64,000 nucleotides of DNA from Candidatus Omnitrophota bacterium (lineage in GTDB: Bacteria > Omnitrophota > Gorgyraeia > Gygaellales > JBFMHM01). The stretch is from assembly GCA_040753015.1 (NCBI GenBank), contig JBFMHM010000002.1:193126-257125 (forward strand), given 5' to 3'. The position numbers were made by a program, and so were the translations under genes. Below the pieces are notes generated by a model. That model was not told the DNA's origin and made no database searches. It saw only the letters and a list, made by a program, of their open reading frames with translations. Shown piece after piece: positions 32,596 to 42,981 of the stretch (its first letter is position 1; each line of letters starts with the position of its first letter).

Positions 32596-33957
32596 CTATA
32601 ATATATAATCAATTGCCTCTTTTAATGCTTCAACCGCTAAAATATCTAAATTAAATTTCTTATCTATATCTTTATAATTACTTTTTGGCAAAACACATCT
32701 TTTAAAACCAATCCTTTCAATCTCCTTAATCCGCGATATTATCTGATTTATAGAGCGGATTTCCCCACTTAAACCAACCTCGCCTAAAATAACTGTATCG
32801 TTACTTATCTGCTTATCTTTAAAACTCGAAACTATTGCCATTATAATTGCCAAATCACAAGCCGGATCCTCAACTTGTATACCACCAGCAATATTTACAA
32901 ATATATCTTGATTTACTAGATTTAAACCGAGCCTTTTTTCACATACCGCAACTAAAAGACTAAGCCTACTATAATCAAAACCCTGTGACTTACGTTGCGC
33001 ATAACCAAAAGAGCTTGCACAAGTAAGCGACTGAGCTTCAACTAAAATGGGGCGAGTCCCTTCAATAACACAGGTTAATACAGAGCCAGAAGCTTTTTTC
33101 GAAGCTTGAGACAAAAAAACTTCGGATGGATTCGATACCTCCTTAAGCCCAAAAGAACCCATCTCAAAAATCCCAATTTCATTAGTAGAGCCAAATCTAT
33201 TTTTTACTGCTCGTAAAATCCTGAAGTTTGTAAATCTATCTCCCTCAAAATATAATACCGTATCAACTAAATGTTCCAACACTCTTGGCCCGGCAAGCGT
33301 ACCTTCTTTAGTTACATGACCAATCAAGAATAAAGCGATATTTTTTGTTTTAGCAATCCTCGTTAGCTCGCCGGCACAAAATCTTACTTGAGAAACACTA
33401 CCTGCAGCTGATGGTACATCTTGGCTATTTATCACTTGAATTGAATCAACAATCACAATATCAAAAGATGAGTTTCTAATATAATCTAGAATTGAACCTA
33501 AGTCTGTCTGATTAACTATATAAAGCGTATTACAATTTTTTATACCAATCCTTTGAGCGCGCATTTTTGTCTGATTAACAGATTCCTCTGCGCTGACATA
33601 TAAAATTTTAAAATCTCTTGTACCTAATTTTGATGCTATCTCAAGACAAATTGTAGATTTACCGATACCAGGATCACCGCCAATCAAAACTACCGATCCA
33701 CGCACAATACCACCGCCTAAAACACGGTCTAACTCTTTATTATTAGTCGCTAAACGGTTATCATCGGCTCCATAAACTACATCCTTTAGTAGAACTGGTG
33801 TGATTTTTTCCAAAGATTCGCCTAAATTATTTTTTATAGATTGGGTAAATGCGTCTTCAACAAAAGAATTCCAATTATTGCAATCTGGACAACGTCCTAG
33901 CCAGCGCGGGCTTTGGTATCCGCAAGACTGGCAACTGAACACTGTTTTGGTCTTCAT
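32596..33957 (-). CDS. radA: DNA repair protein RadA/Sms
   Basis: C4 zinc finger, GGDPGIGKST, KNRFG. Confidence 0.97.
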   Translation of the reverse strand: MKTKTVFSCQSCGYQSPRWLGRCPDCNNWNSFVEDAFTQSIKNNLGESLEKITPVLLKDVVYGADDNRLATNNKELDRVLGGGIVRGSVVLIGGDPGIGKSTICLEIASKLGTRDFKILYVSAEESVNQTKMRAQRIGIKNCNTLYIVNQTDLGSILDYIRNSSFDIVIVDSIQVINSQDVPSAAGSVSQVRFCAGELTRIAKTKNIALFLIGHVTKEGTLAGPRVLEHLVDTVLYFEGDRFTNFRILRAVKNRFGSTNEIGIFEMGSFGLKEVSNPSEVFLSQASKKASGSVLTCVIEGTRPILVEAQSLTCASSFGYAQRKSQGFDYSRLSLLVAVCEKRLGLNLVNQDIFVNIAGGIQVEDPACDLAIIMAIVSSFKDKQISNDTVILGEVGLSGEIRSINQIISRIKEIERIGFKRCVLPKSNYKDIDKKFNLDILAVEALKEAIDYIL

Positions 33958-34574
33958 TTTTTATATTGTTTTTCCCAGCCTGGCGGCTTAAAGAGAAGTT
34001 TCCATGGATGGTCTTTTATATCTCGAGAAAACTCTTCGAAATTATTGTAAACACTATCGTCACTAATAAACTTACCAACGGTACCTTTGCCTTCATCAAT
34101 CTTGGTCAAAATGCTATCCATTCTCTTACCAATTCTATCCATAAGATCAGACAGCTGGCACATCGGAGCTGTATCTTGGCCACGAAGCTGGCTATTTTGA
34201 ACAACATATTCTTTAGATAAACCGGGAATTATTTCAATATATTTCTCGCCTAAAAACCCTAAGGTATTAACCCAAACATCTGAATCAACGGGTATCTTAG
34301 CATCACTCTTTACCCAAACTCCAACCTCAACAAACTGATTCTTATTTTCATCCATAATAAAATTGATCTTCCTTACCTCACCAACTAAGACACCTGCAAA
34401 CCTAACAGGGGCAAATGTCTTAACACCATTTGCATAAGAAAAAATTAATTTTAGGTTATACCCACCGTCGGTTAATCTAAAATCACTTATAAAAAAAAGG
34501 AAACAGGATAAAATAATAATACCGACCACAACAAATATCCCCACTTCTAATTCTAAATTCTTCCTGTTTATCAT
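33954..34574 (-). CDS. mlaD: MlaD/MCE family protein
   Basis: N-terminal TM, APVRFAGVLVGEV, GFLGEKYIEI. Confidence 0.85.
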   Translation of the reverse strand: MINRKNLELEVGIFVVVGIIILSCFLFFISDFRLTDGGYNLKLIFSYANGVKTFAPVRFAGVLVGEVRKINFIMDENKNQFVEVGVWVKSDAKIPVDSDVWVNTLGFLGEKYIEIIPGLSKEYVVQNSQLRGQDTAPMCQLSDLMDRIGKRMDSILTKIDEGKGTVGKFISDDSVYNNFEEFSRDIKDHPWKLLFKPPGWEKQYKK

Positions 34575-34602
34575 CCGTCCTCCCTCTATTTATAAAAACA
34601 AA

Positions 34603-35367
34603 TTAAAAACCATCTATTGTTTCGGTTATCGGCCCGTGCGACGAACCAGTAATAAATTGTTTTACTACGGGATGCGTAGTATTTTGAATTTCACGCGGCG
34701 TACCCTCTGCAATGATTTTACCTTTATAAAGCATTACTATTCTATCAGCAATTTTATACGCAGACACCATATCATGAGTAACAACAATTGAAGTTACCTT
34801 TAACTGATCATGCATCGATCGTATTAATTCATTAATCGAATCGGCTGTAATTGGATCAACTCCTGTTGTAGGTTCATCATAAAGAATAATTTCCGGTTTG
34901 AGGCATATTGCGCGCGCAAGTGCCGCACGTTTTCTCATGCCACCTGAAAGTTCTGATGGTAAAACATTTTGAATACCGCTTAAATCGACTAAATGAAGCG
35001 CTTCTTCAACTTTCTTATATAATTCATCCCTTGGAATGTTACTATATTCTAAATATTTGAATCCTACGTTTTCACCAACTGACAAAGAATCAAATAAAGC
35101 CCCGCCCTGAAACACTACACCAAATTTATTCCTTATTTCATTTAATTCTTTCCATGTAAGCTTTGTTATATTAACCCCATCGACAATCACCTTTGCATCT
35201 AGATTATCTGGAATAAGTAAACCAACAATATGTTTCAATAATACTGACTTTCCACAACCAGATCTTCCAATGATAACAAGCGTCTCTCCATCTTTAATTT
35301 CTAAATTTAACTTATCTAAAACTATATGATTACCAAATTTTTTAGATATATTTTCTATTTTTATCAT
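34603..35367 (-). CDS. mlaF: MlaF-type ABC ATPase
   Basis: GRSGCGKS, FQGGALFDS, LSGGMRKR, YDEPTTG. Confidence 0.88.
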   Translation of the reverse strand: MIKIENISKKFGNHIVLDKLNLEIKDGETLVIIGRSGCGKSVLLKHIVGLLIPDNLDAKVIVDGVNITKLTWKELNEIRNKFGVVFQGGALFDSLSVGENVGFKYLEYSNIPRDELYKKVEEALHLVDLSGIQNVLPSELSGGMRKRAALARAICLKPEIILYDEPTTGVDPITADSINELIRSMHDQLKVTSIVVTHDMVSAYKIADRIVMLYKGKIIAEGTPREIQNTTHPVVKQFITGSSHGPITETIDGF

Positions 35368-35368
35368 A

Positions 35369-36151
35369 TTATTTTAGGAAATAAAATATAGCTGTAAATA
35401 TACAATCTGCAACAATAATTAAAATAAACGAATTAACTACAGATACTGTGGTTGCCCTACCTACACCTTCTGCTCCACCCTCAACTTTCATGCCATGATA
35501 ACAAGATACAATTGCAATTATAATTGCAAAAACGAAAGACTTAAGAAGGCCTGTAAAAATATCTTTATATTCTATTGCTTCTGTTACCATTTTTATATAA
35601 AAATGAGAATTTACGCCGAGTTTTTGAACACACACAAGCCAACCTCCGGCAATGCCAATTAAATCCGCATAAATTACTAGAAGCGGTACCATAAAAAATA
35701 AGGCTAGAAATCTTGGCACTACTAAATATCTAATTGGATTTGTTGCCAAAGTCTCAAGGGCATCAATTTGTTCGGAAACCTTCATTGTACCTATCTCAGC
35801 AGTAATACTTGCGCCATTACGTCCCGCAACAACAAGACTCGTTAATACCGGCCCCAACTCCCTAACTAAAGAAAGAGCAACAATATTTGCGATATAAATT
35901 TCAGAACCCATTTTTGATAACATATAGGCTGTTTGAAACGCCAAAATCATTCCTAGAAAAAACGCGACTAGCGATACTATCGGAAGACTTTCTACACCAA
36001 TAACCTTAGATTGAAATAATATACGGTCTAATTTAAACGGCCGAGAGAAAACCTGTAAGATGTTATTAAACAAAAGAACTAAAAGCCCTCCTAAATATTC
36101 TATACAAGAAAGTATTTTTGCTCCCAGATTTCCTATGCGACGTTTTATCAT
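35369..36151 (-). CDS. mlaE: MlaE-type ABC permease
   Basis: RELGPVL, AEIGTMKVSEQIDAL, GAEGVGRATT. Confidence 0.92.
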   Translation of the reverse strand: MIKRRIGNLGAKILSCIEYLGGLLVLLFNNILQVFSRPFKLDRILFQSKVIGVESLPIVSLVAFFLGMILAFQTAYMLSKMGSEIYIANIVALSLVRELGPVLTSLVVAGRNGASITAEIGTMKVSEQIDALETLATNPIRYLVVPRFLALFFMVPLLVIYADLIGIAGGWLVCVQKLGVNSHFYIKMVTEAIEYKDIFTGLLKSFVFAIIIAIVSCYHGMKVEGGAEGVGRATTVSVVNSFILIIVADCIFTAIFYFLK

Positions 36152-36152
36152 A

Positions 36153-38600
36153 CTATTTTTTCGCCTTCTCTACGCTAGCTTTAGTTTCAGAAAAAAATAA
36201 TTCTTCATTCTTTCGATCAACTATAATTTTTTGTCCTGACTTAAGACGGCCAGCAATTATTTCTTGGGCAAGAGGATCTTCTAAATAACGCTGAATAGTC
36301 CTTTTCAAAGGACGTGCTCCGAAAACTTGATCAAAACCCTTTTCAATCAAAAATTCTTTTGCCTGAGAAGTCAGCTCAAAATTAATATTCTGCTCTTTTA
36401 GCCTATTTAATACCTCGCCTAGTTCTATATCTAAAATCTTAAAAAGGTCTTCTTTCAGAAGCGAATGGAATACAATTATATCATCGATCCTATTCAAGAA
36501 TTCCGGTTTGAATGCTCTTTTAACCTCATCAAAAAGCTTCTCTTTCATATCCTGATAACTTACCTCTTCCTTCTGCGCCTTAAAACCAATTGAACCTTGT
36601 TGCCTTAACATTTGCGCACCAACATTAGAGGTCATAATTAAAATCGTGTTTCTAAAATCAATTTTTCTGCCAAAACTATCGGTAAGACGGCCATCTTCTA
36701 ATACTTGAAGAAGTAAATTAAACACATCCGGATGCGCCTTCTCAATTTCATCAAGAAGTATTACAGCATACGGCCTGCGCCTAATCCTTTCAGTCAGTTG
36801 GCCTCCTTCTTCATATCCTACATATCCCGGAGGAGCCCCTATTAGACGAGAAACATTAAACTTTTCCATATATTCAGACATATCAAGCTGAATTAAAGCA
36901 TTATCATCACCAAACATAAATTCCGCGATTGCGCGGGCTAAAAGAGTTTTTCCGACACCTGTTGGGCCTAAAAATACAAAAGAACCTATAGGGCGCTTTG
37001 GATCTTTAATCCCGGCACGCGATCTTCTGATCGAACGCGCAATAGCGCTTATCGCTTCTTCTTGCCCAATAACGCGTTTATGCAATTCGTCTTCGATTTT
37101 TAACAATTTTTCGCTTTCTTTTTGCTCAAGCTTTAAGATTGGAATACCTGTCCATTGTGCAACTATCTTTGCGATATCATCATCATTTACGACCGGTATA
37201 GTTTGTTCTTTTTTCTTCATCCAATTCTTATTAATATCGTCAAGCTTAACGCGCAACTCACGTTCTTTATCTCTAAATTGAGCGGCTTTCTCAAAATCTT
37301 GCGATTTAATAAACGATTCTTTTTCTTTCTTAATATTCTCCATCTCTTTCTCTAGATCCTTTATATCTGGCGGAGTAACTAAAACATTCAAACGAGAACG
37401 CGATCCTGCTTCATCTATTAAATCGATCGCCTTATCAGGTAAAAATCTACCTGTAATATAACGATCAGATAGAACCGCTGCGGCTTCCAGCGCCGAGTCA
37501 TCAAATTTAACTCTATGATGCGCCTCGTATTTATCACGGAGCCCTTTTAGAATATCAACTGTTTGGCTAACTGTTGGAGGCTCAACCATAATGGTTTGAA
37601 AACGCCTCTCAAGCGCAGCATCTTTTTCAATGTATTTGCGATATTCATCAAGAGTCGTTGCCCCTATACATTGAATCTCACCTCGTGAAAGCGATGGTTT
37701 TAAAATATTCGAAGCATCTATAGCGCCCTCTGCTGCACCTGCGCCAACCAAAGTATGCAACTCATCAATAAAAATAATTATATCTTTGGAACGTTTAAGC
37801 TCTTCCATAACAGCTTTTATACGTTCTTCAAATTGACCACGGTATTTTGTACCAGCCACCATTAAAGCTAAGTCTAAAATTACAATATGCCTATCCTTTA
37901 ATACCTCAGGTACATTACCACTAACAATTGCTTGAGCTAAGCCTTCAACAATTGCTGTTTTACCAACACCAGCCTCACCTAAAAGCACAGGATTATTTTT
38001 CGTGCGGCGGGCTAAAATCTGAATAACGCGCTCAATTTCATTTTTCCTATTTATAACCGGATCCAACTTACCTTCACTTGCAAGCTGCGTAATATCACGG
38101 CCGAATGCCTCTAGCGCAGGGTTTTTAGTTTTTCCTTTTTTAACTGCACTAAAACCCGGGGTCGCCGACCCTAAAAGTTCCATTATTTCCTCTCTGACTT
38201 TATCTAAATCTAATCCAAGATTTAAAAGCACTTGAGAAGCTACACCTTCACCTTCTCTAATTAGGCCTAAAAGTATATGCTCAGTACCAATATAATTATG
38301 GCCCAAAGCTCGCGCTTCTTCAGCAGCAAGTTCTAAAACTTTTTTTGCACGGGGGGTAAATGGTATATCGCCCATAACTTGTGTTGCCGGGCCTGGCTGG
38401 ACTAATTTTTCAATCTCCATACGAATACTTTCAAGATCAAGCCCAAGTTTTTGTAAAACCGTTGCTGCCACGCCTTCACCTTCTCTAATTAGGCCTAAAA
38501 GCATATGCTCGGTGCCAATATAATCATGATTAAAGCGGCGTGCCTCCTCTTTTGATAAAATTATTACTTTTCTTGCGCGCTCTGTAAACCTATTAAACAT
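36153..38600 (-). CDS. clpC: ATP-dependent Clp protease ATP-binding subunit ClpC
   Basis: Twin Clp-N repeats, GEAGVGKT, UVR coil, GPTGVGKT, IGF loop; next to mcsB. Confidence 0.96.
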   Translation of the reverse strand: MFNRFTERARKVIILSKEEARRFNHDYIGTEHMLLGLIREGEGVAATVLQKLGLDLESIRMEIEKLVQPGPATQVMGDIPFTPRAKKVLELAAEEARALGHNYIGTEHILLGLIREGEGVASQVLLNLGLDLDKVREEIMELLGSATPGFSAVKKGKTKNPALEAFGRDITQLASEGKLDPVINRKNEIERVIQILARRTKNNPVLLGEAGVGKTAIVEGLAQAIVSGNVPEVLKDRHIVILDLALMVAGTKYRGQFEERIKAVMEELKRSKDIIIFIDELHTLVGAGAAEGAIDASNILKPSLSRGEIQCIGATTLDEYRKYIEKDAALERRFQTIMVEPPTVSQTVDILKGLRDKYEAHHRVKFDDSALEAAAVLSDRYITGRFLPDKAIDLIDEAGSRSRLNVLVTPPDIKDLEKEMENIKKEKESFIKSQDFEKAAQFRDKERELRVKLDDINKNWMKKKEQTIPVVNDDDIAKIVAQWTGIPILKLEQKESEKLLKIEDELHKRVIGQEEAISAIARSIRRSRAGIKDPKRPIGSFVFLGPTGVGKTLLARAIAEFMFGDDNALIQLDMSEYMEKFNVSRLIGAPPGYVGYEEGGQLTERIRRRPYAVILLDEIEKAHPDVFNLLLQVLEDGRLTDSFGRKIDFRNTILIMTSNVGAQMLRQQGSIGFKAQKEEVSYQDMKEKLFDEVKRAFKPEFLNRIDDIIVFHSLLKEDLFKILDIELGEVLNRLKEQNINFELTSQAKEFLIEKGFDQVFGARPLKRTIQRYLEDPLAQEIIAGRLKSGQKIIVDRKNEELFFSETKASVEKAKK

Positions 38601-38653
38601 CGTAATTTCCTCCCCCTTACCGTCATATATGCAATCATTTTAAATCTACGTAA

Positions 38654-39700
38654 TCACTTTAATTTTTCTCTTATTATACTTGCCCTTTTAACATCTCTCT
38701 GGCCATGATCTAAAATCCTTCCTTCGAGTTTTTGCAAATGTGCCGGCTGAATCAATATAAATAATTCATTAATTTTTACACGATCCAGATTACTAATTAT
38801 ACCAAGATCACAACCCAACCTTACCCAAGAAAGCAATTCAGTTGTTTCTTGGCTAGTAATTATATAAGCGCTCTTTAAAATACCTAGGCTTCTGCCTATC
38901 CTATCTTCTAAAAATGCTTTTTTCTGATTAATTAATAATTTACGCGCTTGCTCTTCTTGTTCAATAACTTGCCTAATAAGACCATTAAGTTTATCTATTA
39001 TACCCTCTTCATTCTGGCCTAAAGATACCTGATTAGAAATTTGAAAAAAATTCCCTTGCGCCTGTGTTCCTTCGCCATAAAGGCCTCGAGTTGTAAAACC
39101 TAATTTTGATACCGCAGATAGAATTTTATTAATCTGCATTGTAATCACAAGTGCGGGAAGATGTAACATAACTGAACCTCGCATACCAGTTCCAGTGTTA
39201 GTAGGGCATGCGGTTAAATATCCCAACTCATCAGAATAGGCAAAATTTAACTTACTAGATAATAAATCATCTATTTGATTAATTATATTCCACGCTTCAA
39301 ATAAATCAAAACCGGAACGTATTACTTGAGTTCTCAGATGGTCTTCTTCATTAATCATTATAGAAATAATTTCTTCTTGATCAACAACTATACCTTTAGA
39401 ATCAACCTTCATAGCCTGCTCGCGAGAAATAAGATGCCTCTCGATTAAAAATTGTTTGTCTAAATTATTCAGATCAGCCATTTTTAGCATTAAGGTGTTT
39501 TTTAGAAAATCAACTCTTGAAGATGCTTTAAAAACTTCTTCTAATACGCCCTGGGCCTGCTTCTTATCTGCCCACTGCGGGAATGGAATATTTTCTAGAT
39601 TTCTTGCAAGCCTAATACGGCTGGATATAACTATGTCAGAATTTGGCCCTGTGCCCTTAAGCCATTCACTTGTATGTTTGACTAAATTGTCCAAAATCAT
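38654..39700 (-). CDS. mcsB: Protein arginine kinase
   Basis: SSRIRLARN, NEEDHLR, ACPTNTGTG, QISNQ. Confidence 0.95.
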   Translation of the reverse strand: MILDNLVKHTSEWLKGTGPNSDIVISSRIRLARNLENIPFPQWADKKQAQGVLEEVFKASSRVDFLKNTLMLKMADLNNLDKQFLIERHLISREQAMKVDSKGIVVDQEEIISIMINEEDHLRTQVIRSGFDLFEAWNIINQIDDLLSSKLNFAYSDELGYLTACPTNTGTGMRGSVMLHLPALVITMQINKILSAVSKLGFTTRGLYGEGTQAQGNFFQISNQVSLGQNEEGIIDKLNGLIRQVIEQEEQARKLLINQKKAFLEDRIGRSLGILKSAYIITSQETTELLSWVRLGCDLGIISNLDRVKINELFILIQPAHLQKLEGRILDHGQRDVKRASIIREKLK

Positions 39701-40230
39701 TTTTTACCCTCACCATTCTTTTTTTCCAGCTCACGAATTCTGTCACGAATTTTTGCTGCATCTTCAAAATTTTCTTTCTTGATTGCCTCTTGAAGCTGAG
39801 ATTTCAATACACCTATTTCTGATTCCCGCCTAGGTTCTCGAATAATTTTAGAAGGTTTAACTACACCATAAAGCATCTTAGGCGCCTTGCCTAAATGTTG
39901 GCTTGAACCATGGATTTTTTTTAAAAGAGGTACTAGGTATTTTCGAAAAGTATCATAACAATGACTGCAGCCAAGCCTACCAACCTTTCTAAAATCATCG
40001 TAAGAAATATGGCAAACAGGGCATTTTAATCCTAACGTATCTTTATCTGCCTTCTGCCCACCAAGCTCGGTTAATCCTGCTAAAAGATCTGCCAACCCAA
40101 ACTGCTGCTCCATCTCAATACTTTTCTTCTTTGCACAGCCCTCGCAAAGATGAAGTTCTGTCATTTGATCATCAACAATTTCAGTAAGATGGACGGTTGC
40201 TTTATCTTTCCCACAAATATCACAAAACAT
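39697..40230 (-). CDS. mcsA: McsA (CxxC / UVR domain protein)
   Basis: Four CxxC motifs, HGSSQH.GK.P, ENFEDAAKIRD. Confidence 0.93.
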   Translation of the reverse strand: MFCDICGKDKATVHLTEIVDDQMTELHLCEGCAKKKSIEMEQQFGLADLLAGLTELGGQKADKDTLGLKCPVCHISYDDFRKVGRLGCSHCYDTFRKYLVPLLKKIHGSSQHLGKAPKMLYGVVKPSKIIREPRRESEIGVLKSQLQEAIKKENFEDAAKIRDRIRELEKKNGEGKK

Positions 40231-41099
40231 TAATACCTTACTCCTTCTGTTTTTGTTGCCTTTTTAAATTCTTTAATCAATTTTAATGTCATCTTACCTG
40301 GGACACCTTTGCCAATAATTCTGCCGTCAACTTTAACTACAGGAATAATCTCGGCAGCTGTACCAGTTAAAAAAACCTCATCACTAATAAAAACTTCATG
40401 CCTTGTAATAACGTGCTCATGATTAATAATCTCTAACCTATCGGCTATATTCAAAACAGTGTCGCGCGTAATACCACGAAGTGTTCCCATGCATTGAGGA
40501 GGCGTAAATAATTCGCCACGTTTTACAATAAAAATATTATCCCCGGTGCATTCTGCAACATAACCCATACTATCAAGCATTATCGCTTCTTCGCACCCGG
40601 CATTCACAGCTTCAATTTTTGCTAAAACATTATTAAGATAATTAAGAGATTTAATTTGAGGATTAAGCGCCTCTGGCAAGTTGCGCACGGTCGGCACAGT
40701 AATTATTGAAAGCCCTTTATCATACATTTCTTTCGGATATAAAACTATATTATCAGCAATAATTACAATTGTTGCCCTACCTCGGCATTTACGCGGATCA
40801 AGGCCTAAATCGCCTTCACCACGTGAAACGATTACTCTAATGTAAGCATTATCTAATTTATTTGCTTTTAAGGTATAGCAAACAGCTTCAATGAATTCTT
40901 CTTTAGAAATCCCAATATTAAGCATAATTGAATGCGCAGATTCATAAAGCCTATCCACATGTTCTTTCAATTTAAATACTAGACGGTTATAACTTCTAAT
41001 TCCTTCAAAAACACCATCACCATAAAGATACCCATGATCAAAAACTGAAATCTTTGCCTCATTTTTTGAAACCAGCTTACCATTGACATAAACTAACAT
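40230..41099 (-). CDS. ilvE: Branched-chain amino acid aminotransferase
   Basis: YGDGVFEGIR, KSLNY, ECTGDN, LRGITR, GTAAE. Confidence 0.93.
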   Translation of the reverse strand: MLVYVNGKLVSKNEAKISVFDHGYLYGDGVFEGIRSYNRLVFKLKEHVDRLYESAHSIMLNIGISKEEFIEAVCYTLKANKLDNAYIRVIVSRGEGDLGLDPRKCRGRATIVIIADNIVLYPKEMYDKGLSIITVPTVRNLPEALNPQIKSLNYLNNVLAKIEAVNAGCEEAIMLDSMGYVAECTGDNIFIVKRGELFTPPQCMGTLRGITRDTVLNIADRLEIINHEHVITRHEVFISDEVFLTGTAAEIIPVVKVDGRIIGKGVPGKMTLKLIKEFKKATKTEGVRY

Positions 41100-41111
41100 C
41101 CCGCCTCCTAA

Positions 41112-41780
41112 CTAATTTAAGATAATACCGTCTTTAATATGGATAATCCTATCCGCAATAGATGCAACATTCGCATCATGGGTAACTATTGCTATAGTTG
41201 TGTTATTTTTCTCTTTTAATTTTAAAAGCAGCGAACAAATCTGTTTGCCGTTAACTGAATCAAGATTTCCCGTTGGTTCATCGCATAAAAGCAAATCTGG
41301 TTTGTTCATTAATGCTCGAGCTATACTAAGCCTCTGCTGCTGGCCGCCAGAAAGTTCATTCGGCCTATGATTTATACGATCAAAAAGCCCAACCAAATCT
41401 AAAAGCTCTAGTGCCCTATCTTCAATCTGTTTTTTGTTTTTTTCTCTATTTATTAATGCCGGCATAATAACATTTTCTAATGCACTAAATTCTGGCAGTA
41501 AATGATAAAACTGAAATACAAAACCAATCCTCCTATTCCTAATCGAAGAAAGCTCTACATCTGAAAGATTAGCTAAATCAGTATCTTCAAAGAATACCTG
41601 GCCTTTACTTGGTAAATCTAAACCTCCTAATAAATGCAATAAAGTTGACTTACCTGCACCTGAAGGCCCAATTATTGCAACAGCTTCATTCTTTTTTATC
41701 TCAAGATTCACATTTTTAAGAACACATAAATCTTTATTGCCAATCTTATAAATTTTATCTACGTTGTTAACTCTTAGCAT
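41112..41780 (-). CDS. lolD: Lipoprotein-releasing ABC ATPase
   Basis: GPSGAGKST, GFVFQFYHLL, DEPTGNLD; next to a lolC/E gene. Confidence 0.87.
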   Translation of the reverse strand: MLRVNNVDKIYKIGNKDLCVLKNVNLEIKKNEAVAIIGPSGAGKSTLLHLLGGLDLPSKGQVFFEDTDLANLSDVELSSIRNRRIGFVFQFYHLLPEFSALENVIMPALINREKNKKQIEDRALELLDLVGLFDRINHRPNELSGGQQQRLSIARALMNKPDLLLCDEPTGNLDSVNGKQICSLLLKLKEKNNTTIAIVTHDANVASIADRIIHIKDGIILN

Positions 41781-41782
41781 AA

Positions 41783-42967
41783 TTATTCATAACGTAAGGC
41801 CTCTACTGGGTCAAGCCTTGCTGCCTTTTTAGCCGGATAAACAGTAGCAATTAATACAATAAAAATTGTTGCAATAATAATTGCGAAAATATCCGGATAA
41901 AAATTAATCTCAACCGGTAAATGGTCCAAATAATAAATATCCTTCGGTAATTTTATAAATTCATATTTCTTAAGCAAGCCACATAGAACTAAACCGCTTG
42001 AAATTCCTACAACGATACCAAAAAAACCAACTAGAAAACCTTGCAAGGTAAAAATTCGAGCAATAGATTTCTTCGTTGCGCCTAATGACTTTAGAACCCC
42101 GATATCTTTAGTTTTATCAACTACAAGAACAATCAATGTACTTATAATATTAAAACATGCTACCAGAACTATCAAAGTAAGAATAATAAACATCGTAATT
42201 TTTTCTAGTTTTAAAGCCGCAAAATAATTACGGTTTACTTCCTGCCAGCTGCGTATAATAAATTCCGGCCCAAGCAAAGTTTCAATTTTATTTTTTATAA
42301 TCTGGGCATCATAAATATTTTTAAGTCGAATAGATATTCCGCTGATTTTATTCCCGTAACCCAATAATGTTTGTGCTCTATAAAGATCAATAAAAACTAA
42401 ACTTGCGTCATACTGATACATCCCTGAACGAAAAATACCTCTGACGCTATATACATCGCTTGTTTTATTTACAGGAGAATAAAGCATTATCTTATCTGTG
42501 ATTTTAATACCTAAATCGCGCGCGAGCTCGCTCCCGACTAAAAGATCGTTTGCCGGTAAATTAAAATCCCCGGAAATCATATAATCCCTTATTTTACTAG
42601 TCTGAGCCTCTTGCTCAATACTAATACCCCTTAGAGCAATACCGATAATTCTATCCTTAGTGGAAAGAAAAAGCTGTCCGGAAACATAAGCTGACACTCC
42701 GCTTATACCTTTCAAAGAACTGATCTTACCTATCAAATCATTATAGTCCGTAATGCCAGATTCTTTTTCAATAACAATATGAGCTGTTGTACCTATAATT
42801 TTATCATGGAGCTCTTTATCGAAACCACTCATTACCCCAATCACAACAACCAAGGCCATTACGCCTATAATTATACCTAAAACCGAAATCCCACCAATCA
42901 AAGAAATAAATTTTTCTTTTCGTTTGCTAAATAAATATCTCAAACTAATACGCCATTCAAAAGACAT
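41783..42967 (-). CDS. Lipoprotein-releasing ABC permease (LolC/E family)
   Basis: RYLFSK, VMSGF, FNIISTL, PAKKAARLDPVEALRYE. Confidence 0.9.
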   Translation of the reverse strand: MSFEWRISLRYLFSKRKEKFISLIGGISVLGIIIGVMALVVVIGVMSGFDKELHDKIIGTTAHIVIEKESGITDYNDLIGKISSLKGISGVSAYVSGQLFLSTKDRIIGIALRGISIEQEAQTSKIRDYMISGDFNLPANDLLVGSELARDLGIKITDKIMLYSPVNKTSDVYSVRGIFRSGMYQYDASLVFIDLYRAQTLLGYGNKISGISIRLKNIYDAQIIKNKIETLLGPEFIIRSWQEVNRNYFAALKLEKITMFIILTLIVLVACFNIISTLIVLVVDKTKDIGVLKSLGATKKSIARIFTLQGFLVGFFGIVVGISSGLVLCGLLKKYEFIKLPKDIYYLDHLPVEINFYPDIFAIIIATIFIVLIATVYPAKKAARLDPVEALRYE

Positions 42968-42981
42968 AGTTATTTAGCAAT

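Noticed and set aside
38601-38654. CGTAAT direct repeat and a possible CtsR box before clpC
   Set aside because: A 6-bp match is expected by chance; there is no GTCAAA-type tandem repeat and no ctsR gene.
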